This document shows positions 12,891 to 25,664 of a stretch of DNA of 64,000 bases, in pieces. Under the pieces are notes generated by a model. That model was not told the origin of the DNA. It worked only from the letters and a program-made list of their open reading frames with translations, and searched no databases. The DNA comes from Lama glama. Taxonomy: Eukaryota. Position 1 is the first letter of the stretch, and each line of letters begins with the position of its first letter. The position numbers were made by a program, and so were the translations under genes. The stretch covers positions 43,464,001 to 43,528,000 of the forward strand of contig CM052818.1 of NCBI GenBank assembly GCA_028534125.1. Direction: 5' to 3'.

Positions 12891-14409
12891 AATGCGTTAA
12901 AATATTTATGGTAGTTTTCCTTTTAGGTTGATGATTTTCCCCTCTACTTTTTGCCAGTAAATTTACAAAATTCCTAAAATTCCATTTCTTCTCCTGTTTT
13001 TTTCCTGATGAACCCTTCTTTCAGTTAATAACTATTTGGAGAAATCTTTCTTTACCCTTCTTCTGTAAATAATCACTTTTTTCCTGTGTTACTCTGGTTA
13101 ACATTTACCTATTTCTGTTGTATCATTCAATGCGCAGTATTGCAGTGGTTCTATACCTTGCCTTTTGTTGGAGAATGAGACACCTGTTAAATGAAAAAGA
13201 AACGTACAATCTTGGTGGTGAACGAAACCATGTATTATGTTTGGAGCTTAGCATTTCGACTGTGGACTGCCCAGTATTGTCTGAGCCCTGCGACTCTCTG
13301 CTTCTAGCTGAGGGTCCCGCTGGTCTGGACTCCAAGCTATGGGCTGTGCTTGCCTTAGCTTCATGTGCATTCATTCTGGGTCTGAAACGAAAAGGGTCTC
13401 AGCCCTTTGGGGAGGTTATTCTCACAGTGGAGTCCAAGAGGGCAATCCCAGCTTTATAAGATAATTTCAAGCCTCTGCTCTCATCATATGCACTGTGACG
13501 TCACATTCACCAAAAGCAAGTCATCCAACCAAGATCAGAATCAAGGGGATGGAAGGCATACTCTTCCCACAAAGAGGACAAGCAAGCATGTGAATTCATC
13601 TTCTGTGTCAAGGGAGTGAAGAATTGTGATAAATAACTCAGTTAACCACAATGATCCTCTATGGCATATATTTATTTTTGTTAAGTTGTTGCTATATATA
13701 ACTTGCATGTTACTAGATATGAAGCAATTATAGAGTAATCCACTGAAGACTCAGAGCACTGAGAATGCAATCCCTGAACAACACGGAATCCGTTTCCATT
13801 TCCCGCCCTAAACTCAAGTGCTCAATCCTGCCCAGTGAGGTTTGCAACCATTCCAGTGTCTGTCACTGACTGTGCCTGTTACCATGTAAGCACTTGAGAT
13901 TTTTGTTATTGAAATGATGAAAAATGCTCTTAACTGAAAGATATTTACATAGTTACAACCAATAGAAATAATCTATTTTCTTCTTTCAGATCAGTGAATG
14001 TTATTTCAACATATATAAAAACACCTCTTAGTGTGTTCAAAATGCATACTGGTGCTTTTCCTCTGGCCTTTAAAAAAAATTTTGTTTTTGGTTAAACTAA
14101 ATGTAATTCAGACATTCATTCAGCAGAGACTCATGAAGATTAAAAGGATGAGGAAGGACATAATACAGCCCAGAAGAAAAAAAAACTTACTTATTTTTAT
14201 TTTTACTTTAGCTCTAGTTTCAAAATAGTAAGTGCAATGTGGAAAGAAATTTAAATATTGTGTAAGGCATTCACTCCAGGAGGAGTTACTGACTGGTTCT
14301 CAGTGATACTTGAAAGAATAAAGAATAAATGAAGCATGATTTATAAAATTCTCTATGTGCCCATTAGTTTTTTAGAAACCCGTTGAATGGCAGGTCCTTC
14401 TCCCCGCCT

Positions 14410-14502
14410 CATGCTTCTTCCCGTCCTTTTCTTCTTCCCTGTCCTTTTCTTCTTCCTCTCCTCCTTCTCCTCATTATTATTATCATTACTACTACTACTA
14501 TT
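14410..14502. repeat. Low-complexity pyrimidine tract followed by (TTA)n/(CTA)n
   Basis: cttctt/ctcctt repeats then attattattatcattactactactacta. Confidence 0.8.
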
Positions 14503-15297
14503 TACATTTAAAGAAACATAATAGCAAGAAGTAACAGAGAATACTTACTATGCTGAACAACTGATAGCCCCATCACTCAACATACAGCTGAAAACACAGA
14601 CGATAGACTGCTCAAATACTTTGGCTGAGATCTGAATTAGTTTGTGGTAGCTCAGTAAATTAAAATCAGACTATTTTCCAGGGTCTAGGAAAAAAAAACT
14701 GTTCCCTATAATTGATAATGTTTAGAAATAGAAAAGGAGAAAGGTCAGTAAAATGGTAAGGAATGAAGGATGTCTTGGGAATCAGTCAGAGGAAAGCATT
14801 CGAAAATGCAAGAAGAAGGGCTATAATCTTGTTTTTTAGGAAATGTGGGTGAGGAGGGTGTAGCTAAATTAGAGTTACCTGCTAAGTATGTTCTCACTCT
14901 GGAATATAGATTTGGATGAGTCTAAACATGCGATCTCTATGTATTTGAACACGGATGGTAAAGACTAAAATGCCCCCAATCCTCTTTTGTAACAGCAAGT
15001 AAAGAATACTGACACAGTTTAGCCGGAGTCAGCAGGCACGTTACCCAGGGTCTCTCGTGCCACATGTTTGTCAGGAGGCAGAGAGGATATAAAAAGGTAA
15101 CCTCCTTTGTGAGCATGCAGGCACTGGATTCTTATGTTTCATTCGCAGTATTTATTTTGTTACCTTTTGTTTATAGCTACTGGTTCTGATCTCTGATGTT
15201 TTCCGATTTAAAAAAATTATTTCTGCTAATAGGCTATGTTTAAGTAGTTTAAGGTTTGCATTGCAGTTGAGCCAAAAGTACAAACAGTACCGATAAA

Positions 15298-15424
15298 CAG
15301 GCATGTCTTGGAGATACTGTGGGGTAGGGTCCAGACCACCACAATAAAGCAAATGTTTCAATACAGCGAGTCCCACACTTTTTGTTTTGTTTTGTTTCGT
15401 TTCCCACTGCATATTAAAGTCATA
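15298..15424 (+). mobile_element. Tigger1 DNA transposon terminal fragment
   Basis: caggcatgtcttggagatactgtggggtagggtccagaccaccacaataaagcaaat...tttcccactgcatattaaagt matches the recalled Tigger1 end. Confidence 0.85.
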
Positions 15425-15873
15425 AGAGAACACTACAAACAGTTGTATGGCAACAAATTGGAAAACCTAGAAGAAAAGGACATATTTCCAGAAACATAAA
15501 GCCTACCAAGACAGAATCAAGAAGAAACACAATTTGAATAGACTTATCACTATTGTGAAATTGAATTTGTAATAAGAAAACTCCAAGCAAACAGAAGTCC
15601 AGAACCAGACTGCTTCACAGGGGAATTATACCAAACATATAAAGAAGAGCTAATACCTTCTCTTCTCAAGCTATTCCAAAACATTGAAGAGGACAGAACA
15701 TTCCCAAAGTCATTCTATGAGGCCACCATTAATTACCCTGATACCCAAACCTAAAAGGGATATTACAAAAAAGAAAATCACAGACCAATTTTTTATAAAT
15801 AAAGATGGAAATATCCTCAAAATATCAGCAAATCAGGTCAAGCAATATATAAAAAGGATCAGACACTATGATC
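15421..15873 (+). mobile_element. L1 ORF2 fragment (pre-RT/Z region), disrupted
   Basis: Translates IREHYKQLYGNKLENLEE, SPEPDCFTGELYQTYKEELIP and ITLIPKP, all L1 ORF2p-like; frameshifts and stops present. Confidence 0.9.
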
Positions 15874-17015
15874 TTTGACTTTTTCCCCACAATACTGTGT
15901 TAGCTATTTTGGACCTTTTGCCTTTTTTTATACTTTTAGAATCAATTTGCTAAAAACCTCAAAATAATTGCTGCCAATTTGATTGGTAATGCATTGACTT
16001 TAGATCAAGTTGGGAAAAAAACTGAAATCTCAATTACAGTGTGTTTTCACATCTATGAATGTGGAATATATCCAAATTTATTTAGATTTTTTTATTTCCT
16101 TCATTAGTAGTTTGAATTTTTCCTCATATATACCTTGTACATATTTTAGTAGATTTATACCTAAGTATTTCATTTTTTGGTGCTACTATTAATGGTATGT
16201 TTTTAGATTCAGTTTCTACTTGTTCATTGCTGGTATATCAGAAAGCAGTTGACTTTTGCATTTATTCTTGTGTCCTGCAGTCTTACTTTAATCATTTATT
16301 AGTTATAACATTTTTTGGGGGGGGTGGGGATTTTCTACACAGACAAGCATTCTATATGAGACAGCTTTATTTATTCCTTCCCAGTAGTGTATGCATTTTA
16401 TATCCTTTTCTTGTTATATTACATTAGCTATGACTTCTACTATAGTGTTGAATAGTAATGGTGAGATAGAACATCCTTTTTCTGTTCTTGACTTTAGAGA
16501 AAAATATCAGTCTTTCATCATTAAGAATGATGTTGGATGATCAAATTTAGGAAGTTTCTCTCAATCCCTAGTTGGCTAAGAATTTTTAACACGAATGGAT
16601 GTTCAATTCTGTCAAGTGTTTTTTCTGCATTTGCTGATATTATGTGATTAATATTCTTTAGCTTGTCAATATGGTGACTTATCTTAATTGACTTTTCAAG
16701 GTTGAACCTGTCTTGCATACCTGAAAAAAAAAATCCTACTTAGGTGTGGTGTATAATTCTTTACATACATTGTTGGATTTGATTCACTAATACATTGTTG
16801 AAGTTTGTGTGTGTGAGAGACATTGGGCTATATTTCTCTTACAGTATCTTCCTCTAGTTTTGATATTAGGGTGATGCTGGCCATTTATATTAAGTTAGAA
16901 TGTATTCCCTCTGTTTCTATCTTTTGGAAGAGATTGTATATAATTGTTATTATGTCTTCTTAAATGTTTGATGGAAATGGCCAGTGAAACTACGTTGGCC
17001 TGGTTGCTTTCTCTT
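15874..17015 (-). mobile_element. Old L1M ORF2 (RT region) fragment
   Basis: Minus-strand ORF 16521-16718 (HIISANAEKTLDRIEHPFVLKILSQLGIERNFLNLI) is L1 RT-like; heavily decayed. Confidence 0.9.
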
Positions 17016-18026
17016 TTTCATGCTCCATTTTATGTTTCATGTTAAAGTCACTGTATTTCTTTCATTTCTACCAACATTAAAATCTACAGTTTGACTTTAA
17101 AAGAATACTAACAACAGAAGAAGATTTTATAGAAAACTCATTTTAAGTTGGATTTTTGAGTGTAATCTTAAAGTCTTGGCTTCACTATCCTGTGACAATA
17201 AAAAGGTCTGTGTTCTTTTAATACACACATTACTATGATATGAAGCTTTCATCTGTTTAATTAGGGTTTTAATTTTTAAAATATGCCAATTATACTTATA
17301 GTTGCCTAGGGATTATTTCTAGTTACTGAAGTAGGGACATTTGAGGAAGAACATAAATAGGATACCAGGCAGGGTTCTTCAAGCATTGGCCTCTAGAATT
17401 TTCCTTCACAGCTGATTATCCTTATAGTCCTACCATCTTGCTGCGGCATGTAGAGAAGTACAGAATTCCATGCCGAATTCCTATCAGTCCTAGCACAGTA
17501 AGATTGGAAGGACTACATCACTCCTACCACCACTGTGTGTTTACTCTCTTCACATTTTCGGGACTGACCTCAGTTGGTCATTCTAGACCTCTGTGGCCCT
17601 TACATTTATGAGGAATAACAGTCTTTCCATCAGTGTCATATGGGTTCATGAATGGTCCACAGAAATCTCCCTGACTCCATTTTAGCAATTAAGCTCTATT
17701 ATTTCACATAAAGGTAGCCATTGTCCTCACCATGCATCTTGAGTTCCAGAGTGGCTGAATCATACGATGATAAATCATCACAATAGTAATTCTAATCTAG
17801 CTACCTAAGCATGGATGTGAGCCTAAGTCTCGAGTTTAGAAATCAGCTTTTCTTATGGTAGCATCTTCCAGGCCATGATAGTCTATTCCTACCCCTTGAC
17901 CTCAAGATGAAGCATGCCATATCATCAAGACATGTTTTTTTCATTTCTTTTAATATCAAGATGAGATTCTCTTTCTGCAATTTTTTATAAGAGGCGTATT
18001 TGATCCAATCAAAATATCTAAGAACA

Positions 18027-18546
18027 GTCTAATGGTTAATCTTTGTGTCAAGTTGACCAGGCCACAAGGTGCCCAGATATTTGGTTAAACATTCTTTCTG
18101 GGTGTGTCTGTGAGGCTGTTTATGGACAAAATTAGCACTTGAATCTGTAGACGTGAGTGAGCGTATTGCCTTCCCCCATGTTGGGGGGCATCATCCATTC
18201 TGCTGAAAGTCTGAACAGAACAAGTGGCTGAGTAAGAGAGAATTCTCTCTCTCTGCCTGACTGCTGAGCTGGGACATCGGTTTTCTCCTGCTGTTGCATT
18301 ACGTATTGCATCGTCAGCTCTCTTTGTTCTCAGCCCTTCACACGCAGACTGGATCTACACTGTCAGGAACCCTGGGTGTCCAGCTTGCCAGCTCCAGATC
18401 ATGGGGCTTTTCATCCTCCATAATTGTGGGAGCCACTTCTAATAACAAACCTCTTTTTCCCTGTTCTCTCCTCCCTTCCCGCCTCAGGCTCTCTCTGTCT
18501 CTGTCACACATACATATTCTGTTTCTTGGAGAACACAACTAATATA
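18027..18546 (+). mobile_element. ERVL solo LTR, MLT2 (MLT2B/D-like)
   Basis: aatggttaatctttgtgtcaagttgaccaggccacaaggtgcccagatatttggttaaacatt start; ttctgtttcttggagaacacaactaata end. Confidence 0.9.
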
Positions 18547-19190
18547 GTAAGGCGTTCTGATTGTCTGCATTTTCTATTATGGTGGAAACTTGAAGATATA
18601 TTTCCCTAAGCAAGTTTTAGGCCCACGAATATTCGAGCTGGAGGGGATGTGAGAGCTACTTTGGATTAAGTGAATGAGATCTAGAGATGATTAGAGACTT
18701 GTTTAAAGTCGCAGAAGTGCTCGGGGTGGTAGACCTAAGACATGAAGTAAAATTTCTACACTCAGCTTTGTGCTGTATATTGTACACTGTTTTACTGCTG
18801 AGAACAGTGCCATAAATACCGTGCTGACCTGAAAATTCAAAGGATAGAATCTATGTATAATCTCAGCCCTTCCAGATTGTTAAGGTAGTTCCATTGGTGA
18901 GCCTTCTGTTTGATTTATTAGTTTTCTGTTTTGTTCGATGGTCCCCAGTGTTATTTTCAAGTATATTACAGAGGCTTGAGAGAATTTATGTCTGTTGCTT
19001 TGGTCTTTTTCCTTATAGTGGTATATGGCAAGTAATGAAATTACTTACTGGAAATGATCCTGGATTTATTAACCCATTGTTCACAACTACACTGTATCCT
19101 GAGGTCACCTTAAAGATTTTTATTTTCCATGATACTGAAAATAAAAAGGTTACGTTGATTTAAAGTTACTCTCTCATTTGCCCGTCCCTT

Positions 19191-19221
19191 CAAAACAAAA
19201 CAAAACAAAACAAAAACAAAC
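19191..19221. repeat. (CAAAA)n simple repeat
   Basis: Directly visible. Confidence 0.9.
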
Positions 19222-20714
19222 CATGTACCAATAGAAGTTAAAATGTATGGAATTGTTGGATACTTTTCTTTGTTTAGTTGTCAGCTTCTTTCCATTAAAT
19301 ATGAATATTATTGAAATAAAAAAGTCAAGATTCTAAAGATAAAGCTGACTCAACAATGCTACCTGCCAAGAAAATGCTTATTGCATCAAAAAAAAAAATG
19401 AATGGATGTCTCTTCTTTATGGGTTTAACTCTTAAGGCTTATATTAATTGACAGTCATAAGAAATCGTAAAAGTTATCACATGTTCCTTTGTACAGTTAC
19501 TCAACACTGGTTTATAACTGGAAGGGTAAACATTGATTCTCTATCCTAAGCCACTTCTTTCCCTCCAGAATTCTGCTTTCTTTTTAACAAAATAAATAAC
19601 AACCCTGGGAAAAGTGGAGTAACAATTGGCCAGAATTGTAGTTGCTTACTAGCTGCAATCTTGTAGACTACTGTTTTCATGTATTTAAAACTGTTCCCTG
19701 TTCCAGGATTATTGAACAGATGGCCTTGGGACGCCAAACCTAGCCTTTGGCTGATGATTGTATGGTTCCTTTTTATTCCAGAGGCTTTTGGAGCCAGTGC
19801 ATGTCAAGACCATGCTCTCTCTCCTCTGACTCTTGGCCATGGAATTGGGTGTTGATATGGGGCCACAGAGAGTCTCAGCCCTTTGAGTAGACTCCACTTG
19901 CCAAACAGCAAGGATTCAGCCTGACCTCAAGCATTTTGAAAAAACTTCAGAGGTGCTTCTGAGGGGCATGATTGAACTCATGATTGAAACTGTTAACTCA
20001 CAAATGTTCATTTTTCAGGATTTGCTTTGCTTTTTAGCCATGCATACATCTCTGCCATTGAAACACACACTCTTGAGGCCTTCCTTCCATAAAACTTTTC
20101 AAAGTTTTCTTAATGACATTTTCCTCTTTCTGTCATTTATTATAAACTTCCACCCACACATCCATTTTTTTTTTCTTTTAGAGAATTACAGGATAGTTGC
20201 CACAGCCCTTGCATGTCCAAGAGTTCCAGGAAGATGTGCCATTTTGTTGATGCAAAGTGGTATTTTGGGTTTTTTTTTCTTTCTTTTTTTTTTAACCAAT
20301 AGACATATTTTCCAGATTGATATAAGAGCAGAGTGGGAAGGGTGTGTAGTTCAAAAACACTTAGGCTTCCACTGAGATAAACCTGACTTCCAGGTTCTGT
20401 CTCAACACTAGATATTCGTTATTTAATCTCGAAGAATTTAGTTGCCTCGTGTGGTTAGAAATCCATGATACGTCTTTGTACATGTAGGACATAGAAATAC
20501 TGAAGACACATAATGAACAAATGGATGTAAATAAATAAACACGAATGTCCTTTACAGATCTTTGAAAGTTCTGGGAAAATACTCATTTCCATTTTTATGT
20601 CTTAGGATTTTCAGTAAGAGGCAATGCAGTTTCACTCTGGGCTGTTCATGCACAGTGAGAAGCAGTCTCCCCACCGCGTCTCCATTGCTTCCCGTCCTGC
20701 CCTGAGGGTCTCAT

Positions 20715-20830
20715 TGTCATCACTTTACAGATGAGGAAGCTTAAGCTTAGAGTCTAAATGTCAAAATGCTGCAGAGCACTAGGTCTGTGACATAAAGTAA
20801 TGCTTCTCTGACTCCAAAGCTCTTGTTCTC
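20715..20830 (-). mobile_element. MIR SINE remnant
   Basis: cactttacagatgaggaagcttaagcttagag...tctctgactccaaagctc. Confidence 0.7.
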
Positions 20831-20944
20831 TTTGTTATATTTTCCTCGCTCTGTCGTGGGGCTTCTCCTAACTCTCCTTTATGTCCTCTGGGCACAGGCA
20901 GCATGCGTATCTGTGGTGCTAGCAGGAGTGTCATGGGCTCCACG

Positions 20945-21100
20945 TGCGTTTTCACTTAACCATCTTACCCGCCGTACAGGATCAATTCTATTTCCATTTT
21001 TTATATGGAAGGAAAATGAGGCTCAGAGAGTTTAAATAACATCCAAAGGCCATCCAGCTAATATGTGTCTGCGGTAGGGTATAGGATATGTGGCCTGAAA
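20945..21100 (-). mobile_element. MIR SINE remnant
   Basis: ccattttttatatggaaggaaaatgaggctcagagagtttaaataacatccaaaggccatccagcta. Confidence 0.75.
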
Positions 21101-21739
21101 GCACATGCATGAAGTCATTTCTCATTTTTCTGTACCTTTATTTTTTTCTGTTTACATCCATTCCTGATTTTCCTGCTTTGCTCCTTATTACCCAGCAGCG
21201 ATTTTATTTTCCTTTGAGTCCTACTTTCCCTTCAATTATTTCTCACAGTGTCTTCCCTTGGCTTTGGGGCTGTAAAAGCTAAGCGAGCTAGATCTGAGTA
21301 GAAACAGCTTGCAGTGGTTGGCAGGTAACTGCTGAGCACAGATCCCCAGGGATCACTCAGCCTGTTCTCAGCAGGCTCCACTCCAGCCTCCCTTGTACAT
21401 CCATTCAGTGCAGGGAGTGGTATAAATTCTTCCTATTCTTTGGAAAGGTGGGAATTATTTCACACACTATTTAAGCTGATCTTAAAAATGTAGTATCTAA
21501 AGGCTTATCGTACCATGAACACTCTGTTGCTTGAGTCTTAGGTATTTTTTTAGGAACTAAAAGTAAAAGAAGAATGATTGACACAGTAGGTGCTCAAAGA
21601 TGTCAGGATGGATTCCCAGATGTTTATGATGGTGAATCAGGCCTGTGAAAAAAAACAAAATTCTAATAGTTCTACTTCTCTCTAGAGGATACATTCTATT
21701 AATCACCAGCTTGTAGTATAACCTGAACACGTTATTATG

Positions 21740-21870
21740 CTTAGTGTTTTAATTATATTATTATATTTCATACTTGCCACAACCTGGTGATTTGTTTATT
21801 ATAATTCCATTTTGCAGATGAAGAAATTGAAAATGATATTTATAATCTTATGGACATAGTCACATCTTAT
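21740..21870 (-). mobile_element. MIR SINE remnant
   Basis: cacaacctggtga...ccattttgcagatgaagaaattga. Confidence 0.6.
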
Positions 21871-22897
21871 AAGTGATATTTTTCTGCATTCTAAAATGTC
21901 TGGACATGAAAGAATGAGGGCATTGGATGTATGGAGGATTGTGAAAGGCTAACAGGAAAATCTGCCCTCTAAAGTCTACCCTTTTCTAATTCTCTTTTAC
22001 CTACTGAACTATATGTCGGTCAAAAGCATAAAACTCTAAACCATTTCCAGTTTTGTGGACTGGGTTACTTTGAGCAAAATACTCTCACAGTGTATTCTTT
22101 CTGAATGAGCGTCTGTCTCATAAAGACAGGATGTCTGCGGAGCTCACCTCTTCTAAGGCTGAATTATCCCCTCAGCTAACTTTCCTCACAGCTCCAGATA
22201 ATCAGAAAAGATAATAAGCTAATGACTATGGCTAGTAATTTTCTGTTAGGAAATGTCCCTTTGCCTTCATCTTAGTACGTGGATATTTAAGTGAGGTTTG
22301 AAGATGATAATTTTCCCTCTCAAATTCCAGAATGAACTGAAAAGTAGATACTGGTTTCATACAGGTGAGTTGGTTACTGATACAGCTGAAGAGAAGGATG
22401 CTGTGTACACCTGAAACCAGCTTCAGAGCTGAATCATCTTTCCTCTGAGGGGGGCTGGACGCCGACAGGGTTGAGGACTTTCTCTCAGTGGGTTTACAAT
22501 GTGGGAGTAAGAGTGGGGAAAACAAATCACGTATATTCTGCAGGCAGGCTGTTTTTAAAGGAATCTCTCTCACCTCCACGTGTGGTTTCATGTCTGATCC
22601 TGTCTGCTAAATGCATGATTCAGGGCACGAGTTGCGGCTCAGGAAAGAGGGGCTGGGCCAAGTGCGGCCAGTGACTCCTCTTCTAATTCCTCTTGTTTCT
22701 GGGGGAGTTTGTGTAAATAGTAAGAAGGCAAAGTGGAATTTATATCCCGAATGCTTTGGGACCATAGACATGTTTTTGATGATGTATGTTTGCTCTTCAT
22801 GTATCGACAGGAGCAAGGGAAGAGGAAATAAACAGACTCCAATCCTCTTCCCCTCCTCAACTAACTGTCTTCCTATTGTATGGAAACTCTGCCAGAG

Positions 22898-23525
22898 TGA
22901 TGCAGGAAAAATGGATGTGGGGCGTGAGGAGGGCCATGTTCCAGGCCTCGGCCGAGCCCCTGGGACATGCCCGCCAAGTGTGGGTTCTTGGCTTTGCACA
23001 GGAAAGAATGCAAGAGCGAGCCACAGTTGAGTAAAGGTAGATTTATTCAGAGAGATACATTGAAAGGCAAGAGAAAGGCCACGAGGTGTGGAGTTGGGTG
23101 CTCAGATTAGAGTAAAAGTAGGTACACACTCCATAGACAGAGTGCAGGCCATCTCCAAACAGAGAGAGAGAGGCAGTGAGGGGCAGTGCTGTCCATTCTT
23201 GTGGGCTTTGGTAGCTTCATATTCAAATAAGTGGAAGGACCAGTCTAACTAGCCTGGGGAAGGGGCTGGGATTCCCAGGAAGTTGGCCAGTTCCCACTTT
23301 TGACCTTTTGTGGCCAGCCTTGGAACTGCCATGGTGCCTGTGGGCACGTTATTCATCATGCTAATATATTACAATAAGCACATAATGAAGCTCAAGATCT
23401 ACTAAAAGTTAAATATTCCGCTATCCTGAACCTCAAGGCCTACTGGGGGTTGATTCTTCCACCATTTTGATGTTAATTGCTGTAGCATTCCTTGAATGGC
23501 TGTGCCTTGCCCCCTTCCTATCTCA
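22898..23525 (-). mobile_element. ERV1-class solo LTR (628 bp) with 4-bp TSD
   Basis: TGA...TCA termini flanked by AGAG (22894-22897 and 23526-23529); tttatt at ~23042 is AATAAA on the minus strand; gggttcttggctttgcacaggaaagaatgcaagagcgagcca is ERV1 U5-like. Confidence 0.85.
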
Positions 23526-24492
23526 AGAGTGAATTTAGAAAATTACAGCTACATCAAAAGACTGTCTCTTTATGATTCCAAAAGCTGAGGTGATTGAATT
23601 TTCAATCTGTTGCCACTTCGACTGAAGTTGGAATCCACAGAACATTCATTTAATGCTGGACGTGACATGAAGTGAGGTTAACATGTCCAAAACAAAATAG
23701 TGATATTCATACAAGAGTTTGAAGGAGAGACAACTTTATATAATCAGGAAATTTCACTCACTTCCTTCTGTTTAGACGAAGGGCAGCTGGCAGTATTCTT
23801 TCTCTTTTTTCTTTTTCTCCCTTTCTGCCCCCACCTCCTGTGATTGGAATGCTACTGAGATCAGTGTCTTTCCTGTCCCTTTGTGGTCCAAGTTCTAGTA
23901 CACAACATCTCCTCAATGGCATTTTAAGTGCAGTACGGAGCCATTGCAAGCCTGTGGGGTATGGAATGAAGTAGTTTATGTTTAAAGTTGGTTAATGTAT
24001 GTGATTTTCTGATTCCCTACTCTTCAGATATTAGAAACAAAGTTAGAAATTCTCATTTCCTGCAGTTGACATAATGATCAAGTTAAATGAGATCTTTTGT
24101 TCTATACCTGTTATCAGGTTTGTTCACTGCCACCAGTAGGATGTGGAACATGTTGCATCACTCCCCCAAATCCCCTAGTATCATTTTGTAGTTAATATGT
24201 ACCCTCACCCCACATCTCTGGAAACCACTGAAGTGCTTTCTATTTCTCTAGTGGTACCTTTTCTAGAATGTCATATAAATGGAGTCATACAGTGTGAAGT
24301 CTTTTGAGTCTAGGTTCTTTCCATTAGCATAATGCACTTCAGATTGATTCACCTGTTACATGTATCACAAGCTCTTTTATTATAAAACTAGCTGTTTTAT
24401 TGCTCAGGCGTATTCCTTCAATTTCAGGATGCACTGCATTTTACTTATGAAGCTATCAGTTGAGAGACATTTGCTTTATTTCCAGTTTGGCG

Positions 24493-24965
24493 TGTTGGGG
24501 AGGGAAACATTTCCCTCTATCCTTCTAGGTTCTGTGGCTGGTCTAAGAATCAAGTTAGCATGAGACAGATTAACACGGGAAAAATAAATTTAATTTTCTA
24601 CGTATGGGAGTCCTGAAAAATATGAGACTCAAGGGCACATAGGACAGTTGAGCTTCTGTGCCATCCTGAGCTAAGGAATGGATAGGGGCCTGGGGCTTCA
24701 AAGGACAGGAGGGTAATCACAGCACAGTAAGATGAGCAGATGGTTGGTAATTAGTAGTTTGCCCTGCTTTGCTGGTAGGTCACTCAGATAAAAGGTTGCC
24801 TCTGGGAATAGCTTTATTCCGAGCCATGCCCCCTACCTAAATTATTCCAGGTAGTTAAAGGAGAGATAAAAAGCTCTTCCTAGTCTCTTGGGCTTTGTCT
24901 TCAGCGCAAAATAGTCCACATGCCAAAGTGACGTATTTTGGGAAGGCTCATTCTGAACGCCTTCA
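24493..24965 (-). mobile_element. ERV1 solo LTR, MER34-like
   Basis: tgttggggagggaaacatttccctctatccttctaggttctgtggctgg...atgccaaagtgacgtattttgggaaggctcattctgaacgccttca; splits the L1 at ttccagtttgg|gggcagtt. Confidence 0.75.
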
Positions 24966-25203
24966 GGGCAGTTACCAATAAAGTCATACTCTAAAATTTC
25001 ACATGAAGGGTTCATGTGACTATAATTTTTATTTCTTTTGGATAAATACTTTTGCAGTGGGATTGCTGGTGTTGTTACCGAATTATTTTCTGAAGTAGCT
25101 GTACCATTTTGCATATTCACCAGCAATGCATTAAGTGATCCAGTTTCTCTATGTCATCACCGGAACCAGATTATGTCACTTAAAAAAATGTATTCTAGGA
25201 GTT

Positions 25204-25664
25204 AGTAGAGAATCGAATCGTGGCTTTCAGAAGATATATCTACCTGGAACTTCACAAAGAGACCTTTATGAGCATAAGGGTGTTTGCAGATGTAAATAAG
25301 GGAAGAATCTCAAAATGAGATTATTCTGGAATAGGATGGGGTATAAAACCAAGTAAGTCCTTATAAAAGAAGAGAAGGGGGAATAAACAGACTTACAGGA
25401 AGAATGGCCATGTGAGTTGGAGGCAATGATGGAAGCAAAGGTCTGTAAGTCAAAGGCTGCCGAGAATTACCCCTAGCGGCAAGCAGTTAGCAAGAGGTAT
25501 AAAACCGATTCTCCCTTAAAGCCGCTAGATGGAAGCAACCCGCCAACACTTTGATTTTGGACTTTTGGCCTCCAAAACTGTAAGATAATATATTTCTATT
25601 GTTTTAAGCAGCCCAGTTTGCACTAATTTGTTAAGGCAAATTAACAAAATAGGAAACTGGAACA
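25204..25664 (+). mobile_element. MaLR solo LTR, MLT1C-like
   Basis: gggtgtttgcagatgtaa...caacactttgattttggacttttggcctccaaaactgtaagataatatatttctattgttttaagc...ataggaaac. Confidence 0.85.

Noticed and set aside
13118..13459. 113-aa ORF
   Set aside because: No recognisable domain or splice support; overlapped by similar chance ORFs on both strands
21249..21324. Exon-like unit (cacAG...CAG|GTAACT)
   Set aside because: Stops in all three frames and no supporting context; probable pseudo-exon
22607..23034. Cluster of 73-139 aa ORFs
   Set aside because: Mostly span the solo LTR boundary; no gag/pol/env similarity
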